From the NCBI GenBank assembly GCA_037439545.1, contig JBBIVV010000034.1:1-25655 (forward strand): a DNA stretch of 25,655 bases. The letters run 5' to 3'. Shown one piece after another: positions 8,384 through 16,081 of the stretch. A program made the position numbers and the translations under genes. The stretch's first letter is position 1. Each line of letters begins with the position of its first letter. A model generated the notes under the pieces. That model saw only the letters and a program-made list of their open reading frames with translations. It had not been told where the DNA came from and made no database searches. The DNA is from a bacterium (GTDB lineage Bacteria > JAMCPX01).

Positions 8384-9054
8384 TACAGTCCTTTCACCGA
8401 AGGTTTACCCGATAGTTTTATCGGCTCCACCTTCTGATGTTTTAATTTATTATACGTCCTCGGTTTATTCATAGAAACGAGTTTCTTCTGGTTATTCTGC
8501 GACTTTAATTTCTCATAAATTGTTACCCACACGCATTCCGCATCCCTGTCGACCTCGCACATGCCGTTTACCATGCCTCCGCACGGACCATTCAACAGGC
8601 CTTTCGGACATCTGGTAACAGGGCAAATCCCCGCTGTATTTGAAAGCACACAACTTCCGCACAGGGAGCAGTATTTCAGGAATTCACCGGTCCTGTATGT
8701 TGTTCCGAGGAACATACTGTTGAGTCCCGCTATAACAGGTTTGTCCGATGCGGCGGACACAGCCTGTATACCGGCACCGCATGCAAGAACGAGAAATGCA
8801 TCGGCAGGCGATGCCTCCTGTGATTGTCTTATCATGCTCTTTAAAAGAAACACATGACATGTTTCGTCCGGTATGAAGTAGCCTGCCGGCTCTTTGCCGT
8901 TGCTTTGCAATATGTCGATCCATGCTTTACACTCGTCTTCCCCGCCTGTCCTGCTGACTGTTGCACATGAACCGCATCCTATAACAAAGACTTTTTTATA
9001 ATTCGCTAAAGCCCCGATGACCTCGTGCCCGGGCTTTTTATCCGTTACAATCAT
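8383..9054 (-). CDS. metV: MetV-type Cys-rich (Fe-S/Zn) subunit of methylene-THF reductase
   Basis: N-terminal GCGSCAT motif; C-terminal CSLCGSC...GICPVTRCPKGLLNGPCGG...CEV...CVW (8 Cys); directly upstream of metF. Confidence 0.9.
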   Translation of the reverse strand: MIVTDKKPGHEVIGALANYKKVFVIGCGSCATVSRTGGEDECKAWIDILQSNGKEPAGYFIPDETCHVFLLKSMIRQSQEASPADAFLVLACGAGIQAVSAASDKPVIAGLNSMFLGTTYRTGEFLKYCSLCGSCVLSNTAGICPVTRCPKGLLNGPCGGMVNGMCEVDRDAECVWVTIYEKLKSQNNQKKLVSMNKPRTYNKLKHQKVEPIKLSGKPSVKGL

Positions 9055-9905
9055 TATCTCATCTGCCTCTCGGTTGCAATGAGCGTATTCTTCAGCAGCA
9101 TGGCAATGGTCATAGGACCGACGCCGCCCGGCACTGGGGTGATAAATGATGCTTTTTTCTCCGCCTGCTCGAAGTCGACATCACCTGCAAGTTTGCCCTG
9201 GGGTGATCGGTTCATACCCACATCTATGACAGCGGCACCCTGCTTAATCCATTCGCCTTTAATAAGCCCTATCCTGCCCGCTGCTGCGACAAGGATGTCC
9301 GCCTGCTTCACGATGCCGGGGAGGTCATTTGTTTTCGTGTGACACATGGTGACCGTCGCATTGGCGGCAAGCATCATCAATGCAAGCGGCTTGCCTACGA
9401 GATTGCTCCTGCCGACAATAACCGCATGGGCCCCTGACACCGGTATGAGATACCGCTGGAGGAGCACCATGATACCGAGCGGCGTGCAGGGGTAGAGCGC
9501 ATCTTCTCCAATCACGAGCTTCCCGATATTCGACGGCAATAACCCGTCTACATCCTTGTCCGGATCTATCATGTTCAGCAATGCCCTCGAATTAAGGGGC
9601 TTTGGCAGCGGCATCTGGACAAGTATGCCGTTATATTGCGGATTTTTGTTCAACTCGCTTATAAGTATCTCGAGTTCTCTTTGCTCCACATCGGACGCAA
9701 AACTGAATGTCCTCGAATGTATGCCGACATCATCGCACGCTTTCTGTTTGTTCCTGACATAGGTTACAGACCCGACATCATCGCCGACCAGGACCACGGC
9801 AAGCCCGGGAATTACGTGGTACTTTGCCTTAAGCCTTTCTACCTGATCCCTGACCTCAAGCTTTACCTGAAGCGCCACACTTTTACCGTCTATTATTTGT
9901 GCCAT
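9054..9905 (-). CDS. folD: Bifunctional methylene-THF dehydrogenase/methenyl-THF cyclohydrolase
   Basis: IDGK, YVRNK, GILVQMPLP, KDVDG, PCTPLG, GRSNLVGKP and TPVPGGVGPMT motifs. Start ATG 9905 (or GTG 9911). Confidence 0.96.
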   Translation of the reverse strand: MAQIIDGKSVALQVKLEVRDQVERLKAKYHVIPGLAVVLVGDDVGSVTYVRNKQKACDDVGIHSRTFSFASDVEQRELEILISELNKNPQYNGILVQMPLPKPLNSRALLNMIDPDKDVDGLLPSNIGKLVIGEDALYPCTPLGIMVLLQRYLIPVSGAHAVIVGRSNLVGKPLALMMLAANATVTMCHTKTNDLPGIVKQADILVAAAGRIGLIKGEWIKQGAAVIDVGMNRSPQGKLAGDVDFEQAEKKASFITPVPGGVGPMTIAMLLKNTLIATERQMR

Positions 9906-9909
9906 ATGC

Positions 9910-9940
9910 ACTATATCGATTAGAAATTAATAGTTGTCAA
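9910..9940 (-). promoter_or_regulatory. Putative sigma70 promoter of the folD operon
   Basis: Perfect TTGACA at 9940-9935 and TATAGT at 9915-9910 (19-bp spacer, longer than ideal); lies in the AT-rich divergent gap. Confidence 0.45.
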
Positions 9941-10059
9941 TACTTCAAGGGGTTAACGTCGTCATTTCTCCTACTACAGGGGCGGGTCCATATTCTTGTT
10001 TAAAAACTTATAATGGGTTATATATTCGGAATTAAAATAAAGGTGTTTTAATTATACGC

Positions 10060-11445
10060 ATGAAGAACCGGCTTTTAAAACAATGGTACATGGTTACACT
10101 TGCAACCGATGCAGTGTTGATATCCGCTGCGTGGTTCTCGGCCTATGGGCTCAGGTGGCTGCTCACCCCGCTGTTCGGATATGAAATCAATCCCTTCCAT
10201 GTATATGGGGAATCGTACCCCATGGTGGTCTTTTTATGGATCATAGCGAATAGTATTTTCGGCACCTATAAGTCCAGCAAGCAGAAAAGGACGCTCGAAG
10301 AAATTCAGGCGCTCATACGAGGTGTCCTGCTTGCAGCGCTTGTCGTCATGTCCGTTTCGTTCCTGTTTAAGGAGTACGATTTTGCACGGTCGGTCGTCCT
10401 CATCTTTATCGGGTTTACATTCATATTTACCAGCTTATCGAGGCTGTTCCTCGTAAACATCCGGGAAAAATTATTGAAACTCGGTTACGGCACTATTCGG
10501 TGTTTGATTGTCGGAGCAGGCACAACGGGCATAAGGGCACTGCAGAGAATATCAGACCATCCGGAGAAGGGTTATACGGTGGTCGGTTTTCTCGATGACG
10601 ACCCGGCACGTTTAAACCAGACCATCTCGAAGATACCGGTGCTCGACAAGGTAGATAATATCCGGGACATAGTGGAACGCTGTCAGGCAGATGAAGTTTT
10701 CATAGCAATCCCGTCACTCGCACACAACCGCATCATGGAACTCGTCATGAAGTGCGAAGGCCTGCGCGTAGGGTTCAGAATCGCATCGGACGTTTTCGGC
10801 GTGCTGGCGCATAGCGCTGACATAGAGTTCATTGAAGACTTTCCTGTGTTCGATCTTAAAGAGGAAAAAGAAAACCACACTTACGATGTCCTGAAAAGAT
10901 TGATGGACGTCTTCATTGCAGCCCTCTTCATGGTAGTATCCCTGCCCTTATGGCTGCTCATCCCCATCCTGATCAAACTCGATTCGAAAGGAGGGGTATT
11001 CTTTATACATGAGAGGATCGGCATGAACGGGATGCCGTTCAGTATCTATAAATTCAGGACCATGCACGAAGCGACAAACCCATATTTTAACTCGCCGAAC
11101 AAGTCCGACGATCACCGCATAACAAAGGCCGGCAGATTTTTAAGACAGACAAGCCTCGATGAGATGCCGAACCTGCTGAATGTCCTCAAGGGCGATATGA
11201 GTATCGTAGGACCGAGGCCCGAGATGCCGTTTATCGTGGAGCAGTACAAGGAATGGCAGAAAAAAAGGCTCACGGTAAAGCCCGGCATAACGGGCATGTG
11301 GCAGATACTCGGCAGAAAGGACATCCCCCTGCAGGACAACCTTGAGTACGATTTTTATTATATCAAAAACAGGTCATTGCTCCTCGATATAATCATCATA
11401 CTGAGGACCATCCCTGCGATCCTTACGCGCAGAGGTGCATATTAA
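10060..11445 (+). CDS. Polyprenyl-phosphate hexose-1-phosphate transferase (WcaJ/WbaP-like priming sugar transferase)
   Basis: Four N-terminal TM helices, a Rossmann-like IVGAGTTG/GFLDD domain, and a C-terminal catalytic domain with KRLMD, KFRTM, SLDEMP, GDMSIVGPRPE and KPGITGMWQ. Confidence 0.93.
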   Translation: MKNRLLKQWYMVTLATDAVLISAAWFSAYGLRWLLTPLFGYEINPFHVYGESYPMVVFLWIIANSIFGTYKSSKQKRTLEEIQALIRGVLLAALVVMSVSFLFKEYDFARSVVLIFIGFTFIFTSLSRLFLVNIREKLLKLGYGTIRCLIVGAGTTGIRALQRISDHPEKGYTVVGFLDDDPARLNQTISKIPVLDKVDNIRDIVERCQADEVFIAIPSLAHNRIMELVMKCEGLRVGFRIASDVFGVLAHSADIEFIEDFPVFDLKEEKENHTYDVLKRLMDVFIAALFMVVSLPLWLLIPILIKLDSKGGVFFIHERIGMNGMPFSIYKFRTMHEATNPYFNSPNKSDDHRITKAGRFLRQTSLDEMPNLLNVLKGDMSIVGPRPEMPFIVEQYKEWQKKRLTVKPGITGMWQILGRKDIPLQDNLEYDFYYIKNRSLLLDIIIILRTIPAILTRRGAY

Positions 11446-11690
11446 CCCGAAAAATGCAATAGGGAAGTTTGCTCATTCGCTCAATCCTGCGATCCACCTA
11501 AGATACAAAGGGGTTTTGATATAAATGATTTTCAAGTCCTCTGTAAGTTTATATGCACACACCATGAGCAGTTGTTCTGCGGATATTCGAAGAATACCTT
11601 CGTTCGACGCAGCGGCCCTTCCCTCTCGGGTGGGTACCCCTCGCTCTTTGCTCAAACTCCCCTGTTTACAAATGCATTTTTCGGGTCAAT
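11441..11690. mobile_element. MITE-like non-coding element with terminal inverted repeats
   Basis: ATTAACCCGAAAAATGCA (11441-11458) vs TGCATTTTTCGGGTCAAT (11673-11690): 17/18 inverted match with a 14-bp perfect core. Second inverted pair GGGAAGTTTG/CAAACTCCC just inside, plus internal hairpins. No transposase ORF. Confidence 0.65.
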
Positions 11691-11692
11691 GA

Positions 11693-14347
11693 GTGAACGT
11701 CATGGATGATATAAAGCAAAAACTCGACAGCCTGCTTTCTCCGCTCCTCAGCACCATAAACAATGCAGATAAAAATATCGTCACGAAGGAATACGTCACG
11801 ACACTGCGGAGCGAACTCAATGCCTATCACAAGGCAGGGCTCGGCGGATATGATTTTGCCGTTCTCTTCAGCGACTTCATCGATAAACTCATCAAGACCC
11901 TTGCCGGATTATCGGACAGCAGCATTGCCGATGCATTTTCCATAATAGCCATAGGAGGGTACGGCAGAGCCGAGTTAAACGCATACTCGGACATCGACCT
12001 GCTTTTCCTGTACGGGAATACCCTCTCGGAGAGCTTCCAGAACAGCATTCTTTATCCCTTGTGGGACACCAAGCTGGAGATAGGTCACAGCTCGAGGACA
12101 ATCGAGGAATGCATCGATGATGCAGTGAGCGATCACACTGTCCTCACCTCACTGATGGATCAGCGGTACATTGCCGGTAATCACAAGCTCTACTCGGAGC
12201 TGCACGCGAGATTTTATACCATGGTCAGAGGTTCTGCACCGAAACTTTTCCATGAATGGGAAATAGAGCTCTTCAATAGAAGGAAAAAATATCAGACATC
12301 CGTTTATACGCTCGAGCCCAACATAAAAGAAGGTCCGGGCGGGCTGAGGGACGTGCATATTATGCTGTGGCTCACACGCCTGTTTGCGGATATCCCGGAT
12401 ATCTCCGAGATCAGGCACTCTCCTTTCTTCGATCCCGAGACCTATGACAGGTTCATGGTAAACTATAATATACTGATGCGACTGAGGAATGAGATGCACT
12501 TTTTCAGCAGCAGCAAGAATGACCGGCTTACCCTTGAAGTGCAGAAGCATCTGTCGGCATTTTCAGGCTATGAGAATGAAGAGGACGTGCTCGGAGTGGA
12601 AAAGTTTTTAAGCAACTTCTACGAGATCGCACACCATGTTTCGGAGCTTACGGACGATTACATAAGATACCTGAACGATACCTGCATCCTCACGGGGACC
12701 GGCGAAAAACCCGAGGAAATAGAAGGGTATTACAAGGTCAGCCATAAACAGCTCATGCTCGGGGATGACAGTAAGGATGTATACACCGCCCACCCCGGGG
12801 AACTCATCCATACATTCCGGATACTCGTTGATCGCGATCTCCAGCCTGCCATTGCCTTGAAAAATACCCTGAGAAGGACGGCGTCTCAATTACCGTCTTC
12901 TGCCCTTCCCGCCGATGTGTTCCCTGCATTCCTGGGCCTGTTCGAAGAAGATAAACTCAGTACGATCTTATACCTTATGAACAATTACGGAATACTGAGC
13001 ATGCTGATAGACGAGTTCGGTCAAATATCGTTCAGGGTGCAGTATGACATGTACCATATCTATACCGTCGGCATCCATTCAATAAAGACCGTGGAGGAAA
13101 TAGAAAAGATACGAGACGGCAGCAATGACAAGTTCCTGCAATCGCTCTATCGCCAGGTAAAGAACAAGAAAGCGCTTATGCTTGCCGCATTTTTGCATGA
13201 CATCGGGAAAGGACACGGCAAGGACCATGCAAGAAAGGGAGGCGACATAGCATACAATATATGTATGAGACTGGGTCTGCAGCAGCCGGACACAGAGCTC
13301 GTAGTCTTCCTTGTCAGGAACCATCTCATCCTGTCCGACACGGCACAGCGCAGGGACATAAACGACGAGAAGCTGATATACGAATTTTCGAAACTCATCA
13401 AGAGAAGGGAAAACCTGAAAATGCTCTACATACTTACCGTTGCAGACCTCAGGGCCGTATCGTCGACCGTGTGGACGGAGTGGAAAGGCGGACTCATCAA
13501 TGAACTATATAAGAGATCGGAAGAAGCGCTCGAGCAGGGGCTCGACATGGCAAGACTTACGACGGAGAAATATCATAATGCAAAGGAAGAAATAAAACGG
13601 TTATTGAAAGACCGCATCGACTTAAGCATCATCGACGAGTTTCTCGACGGCTTCAAGTCAAGATATTTTACGACCTATTCTCCCCTGGAGATTGTCGAGC
13701 ACTTCGATTTAATGAACAGGTTCAAGATGGACGGTACTGTATCCGTAAACAGGTCCATAAACCCCCAGTTCGGATACACGAAGATCAGTGTCTGCACAGC
13801 GGACAAGCCCGGGATCTTCTCGACGATTTCAGGCGTACTTTCAGCCAGCGGTGCAAACATTATGGATGCAAATATTACCGTGAGAAAGGACGGCCTGCTG
13901 ATAGATGTTTTCAGAATTGAGGACAAGGACAAAATGCACCCCTACGATGACTACAAGTTTCAGAGGTTTACCAATGAACTCAAGGAGTGCCTGTCGGGCA
14001 GAATGACCGCTGAATCGCTGCTTGCCATGAGATTCAAGCCGTCCATCCTGAAGGACAAGGTCATCAACACCCAGCCTACGGAGATCATCGTCAATGAAGA
14101 CGACTCCGACATATACACGCTTCTGGAGGTATACACCCAGGACAGGCGGAGACTGCTCTATGACATCACGAGCACAATCTCTCAATTGGGGCTAAACATC
14201 GTTATTGCAAAGATCACGACCAGGGTCGACCAGGTAGCGGACATATTCTATGTGGAGAGGATAGGGGGCGGTAAGATAGCAAACATGCAGGACACGGAGG
14301 CGCTTGTCCGGGACCTCAAGTCTGCAATAGCAAAAGAGACTCAATAG
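11693..14347 (+). CDS. glnD: [Protein-PII] uridylyltransferase/uridylyl-removing enzyme
   Basis: Nucleotidyltransferase motif AIGGYGRAELNAYSDIDLL, EPNIKEGPGGLRD, HD domain (HIYTVGIH...HDIGKG) and two C-terminal ACT domains. Start GTG 11693 or ATG 11702. Confidence 0.96.
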   Translation: MNVMDDIKQKLDSLLSPLLSTINNADKNIVTKEYVTTLRSELNAYHKAGLGGYDFAVLFSDFIDKLIKTLAGLSDSSIADAFSIIAIGGYGRAELNAYSDIDLLFLYGNTLSESFQNSILYPLWDTKLEIGHSSRTIEECIDDAVSDHTVLTSLMDQRYIAGNHKLYSELHARFYTMVRGSAPKLFHEWEIELFNRRKKYQTSVYTLEPNIKEGPGGLRDVHIMLWLTRLFADIPDISEIRHSPFFDPETYDRFMVNYNILMRLRNEMHFFSSSKNDRLTLEVQKHLSAFSGYENEEDVLGVEKFLSNFYEIAHHVSELTDDYIRYLNDTCILTGTGEKPEEIEGYYKVSHKQLMLGDDSKDVYTAHPGELIHTFRILVDRDLQPAIALKNTLRRTASQLPSSALPADVFPAFLGLFEEDKLSTILYLMNNYGILSMLIDEFGQISFRVQYDMYHIYTVGIHSIKTVEEIEKIRDGSNDKFLQSLYRQVKNKKALMLAAFLHDIGKGHGKDHARKGGDIAYNICMRLGLQQPDTELVVFLVRNHLILSDTAQRRDINDEKLIYEFSKLIKRRENLKMLYILTVADLRAVSSTVWTEWKGGLINELYKRSEEALEQGLDMARLTTEKYHNAKEEIKRLLKDRIDLSIIDEFLDGFKSRYFTTYSPLEIVEHFDLMNRFKMDGTVSVNRSINPQFGYTKISVCTADKPGIFSTISGVLSASGANIMDANITVRKDGLLIDVFRIEDKDKMHPYDDYKFQRFTNELKECLSGRMTAESLLAMRFKPSILKDKVINTQPTEIIVNEDDSDIYTLLEVYTQDRRRLLYDITSTISQLGLNIVIAKITTRVDQVADIFYVERIGGGKIANMQDTEALVRDLKSAIAKETQ

Positions 14348-14377
14348 AAGCGGGTCGTGCCCTGCCTGCCGTATTTT

Positions 14378-14447
14378 GTCATTCCTGCGGAAGAAGGAAC
14401 ACCGAGGAAATAAAAAAGTCCGGATTCCACGTCAAGTGCGGAATGAC
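14378..14447. repeat. REP-like doublet palindrome (GTCATTCC...GGAATGAC)
   Basis: Perfect 8-bp outer arms at 14378-14385 and 14440-14447; each half forms its own hairpin (TTCCT..AGGAA and ATTCC..GGAAT). Confidence 0.7.
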
Positions 14448-14459
14448 GGAGAAGAGGGA

Positions 14460-15362
14460 ATGGAGATGAATATCGACATTGCAATAGATAATTTCATAGG
14501 CTACATAGCATCCGAAAAAGGGCTGTCCAGAAATACTGTTTCGTCTTACGGTGCGGACCTAAAAATGTTTTCCGGTTACCTTGCCGGATTAAAAATCACG
14601 GATGCACAGGCGATAACCACGGACAGTATACTGCAATTCCTGAGCACATTGAAAAATAAAAAATTGTCTTCAGCATCTCTGGTAAGATATCAGGTCACGA
14701 TAAGGAATTTTTTCAAATTCATGCTGAAGGAAGGCATACTCAAAAAAGACCCTGTCCACATACTCGAAATGCCGAAAAGGGACCGCAAACTGCCGCATGT
14801 TATGAATGAGCAGGAAGTGGAACAGCTCCTGAATGCCCCTTTCATGATTAAGGACGTGAACAGGCAGCTCAGAGACAGGGCAATGCTCGAACTGCTCTAT
14901 GCGACCGGGTTAAGGGTATCGGAGCTTGCCGGATTGACCTTGAATTCTCTCGAGATGACGGTCGGCTACATCCGTGTAACGGGTAAAGGGAGCAAGGAGA
15001 GAATCGTGCCCATGGGAGACATTGCAAAAGAGTCGGTCGCCGCATACCTCGCTGCATCGAGACAGACGTACGTATCGCATGACACAAACTATCTGTTCCT
15101 TACCCGGCAGGGGGACCGGTTTACGAGACAGGGCTTCTGGAAGCTCTTGAAGACCTATTTGAAGATGCTGCGGGTCACAAAACATATCACGCCCCATACC
15201 ATGCGCCATTCATTCGCAACACACCTGCTTTCACACGGAGCTGACCTCAGGTCGGTACAGCTCATGCTCGGACATTCCGACATATCGACCACGCAGATCT
15301 ACACGCACATCAATGCAGAGATGCTGAAGCGTATGTACGACAAGTACCACCCGAGAAGTTGA
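14460..15362 (+). CDS. xerD: Site-specific tyrosine recombinase XerD
   Basis: EKGLSRNTVSSY N-terminus; catalytic residues in YATGLRVSEL, GKGSKER, HTMRHSFATH, LGHSDISTTQIYTH; ends YHPRS. Start 14460 or 14466; the track's 14376 start just reads through the REP. Confidence 0.92.
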   Translation: MEMNIDIAIDNFIGYIASEKGLSRNTVSSYGADLKMFSGYLAGLKITDAQAITTDSILQFLSTLKNKKLSSASLVRYQVTIRNFFKFMLKEGILKKDPVHILEMPKRDRKLPHVMNEQEVEQLLNAPFMIKDVNRQLRDRAMLELLYATGLRVSELAGLTLNSLEMTVGYIRVTGKGSKERIVPMGDIAKESVAAYLAASRQTYVSHDTNYLFLTRQGDRFTRQGFWKLLKTYLKMLRVTKHITPHTMRHSFATHLLSHGADLRSVQLMLGHSDISTTQIYTHINAEMLKRMYDKYHPRS

Positions 15363-15516
15363 GGGAACTACATTTATTACATAAGGAGAAAACTAATGAC
15401 AGCGACCGTTCTCCGGGTACAAGCATACATCCATAAAAGCTGTCAGGGCTCTCCACTATCTTTGCTCGCACAGGATTGTTTTCAAAATACCGAAACAGGT
15501 TGCTGTCCCTGGTTTC

Positions 15517-15993
15517 TTATACCGATTGCTGGGTCCTGCGCGCAAGACGTTCCTTCTGCCTCTGTTCTCCCTGCTTCCATTGTTCGCGCTCTTCGTCCGT
15601 TTCAGGAACAAGGGGAGGCACCTCCACAGGCCTGCCTTCGCCGCTCAGGGCAACATACACCACGTACGCGCGGTTCGTTATCCTCCTCCTGCCGGTGAGA
15701 ATTTCCTCTGCTTCGACAACGACCTCGGTCTCCATGGACGAACGTCCCACATACGTGAGTTTTGCACTGAAAGTCACAAGGTCGCCGATATGCACAGGCT
15801 CAAGGAATGTAAGAGAATCCACCGCGACCGTGACCGCGGGCTCCCTCGCATGCCTGGTGGCACACATAGCACCGGCATCGTCTATGAACTTCATGAGCAC
15901 GCCTCCGTGTATGTTGCCGAGGTTGTTCGCATGCTCGGGCTGCATGAGCTGGCTCAATACAATTTCTGAATCACGTACGCTTTTTCCTTTCAT
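15517..15993 (-). CDS. Hot-dog-fold acyl-CoA thioesterase (YciA-like)
   Basis: HANNLGNIHGGVLMKFIDD, VTVAVD, GRSSMETEV and YVALS motifs; start at ATG 15993 (AAGGA upstream) or TTG 15999. Confidence 0.92.
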   Translation of the reverse strand: MKGKSVRDSEIVLSQLMQPEHANNLGNIHGGVLMKFIDDAGAMCATRHAREPAVTVAVDSLTFLEPVHIGDLVTFSAKLTYVGRSSMETEVVVEAEEILTGRRRITNRAYVVYVALSGEGRPVEVPPLVPETDEEREQWKQGEQRQKERLARRTQQSV

Positions 15994-16081
15994 ATACAAT
16001 ATCCTTTCTCCCTTCCGTTCTGCTTTGTATTAAAGATAGTAATCCTGTTCCGCCAATCAACCTTTCTGTTCCTGTCCCGCT

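Noticed and set aside
4618..9905. Selenocysteine or stop-codon recoding, or frameshifts, in the C1 operon
   Set aside because: All frames are full length and uninterrupted; no in-frame TGA or TAG needs to be invoked.
9912..10059. Glycine, THF, ZTP or SAM riboswitch ahead of the folD-gcv operon
   Set aside because: The gap is short, AT-rich and shared with a divergent gene; no aptamer consensus was recognised, and the likely promoter abuts the start codon.
11473..11655. 60-aa minus-strand ORF inside the TIR element as a transposase or toxin
   Set aside because: TTG start, no SD, no recognisable motif, and too short for a transposase.
14376..14459. N-terminal extensions given by the track for xerD (and likewise gcvT, gcvH, the GH15-like gene and the Cys-rich lipoprotein)
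   Set aside because: Downstream ATGs have better SD sequences and match family N-termini; the extensions run through repeats, promoters or neighbouring genes.
14460..15362. Tyrosine recombinase as a prophage, island or integron integrase
   Set aside because: The sequence is typical chromosomal XerD, with no integron-integrase insertion, no adjacent tRNA or att duplication, and housekeeping neighbours.
14348..15516. dif site near xerD
   Set aside because: No match to the 28-bp dif pattern (XerD arm TTATGTTAAAT) was seen here.
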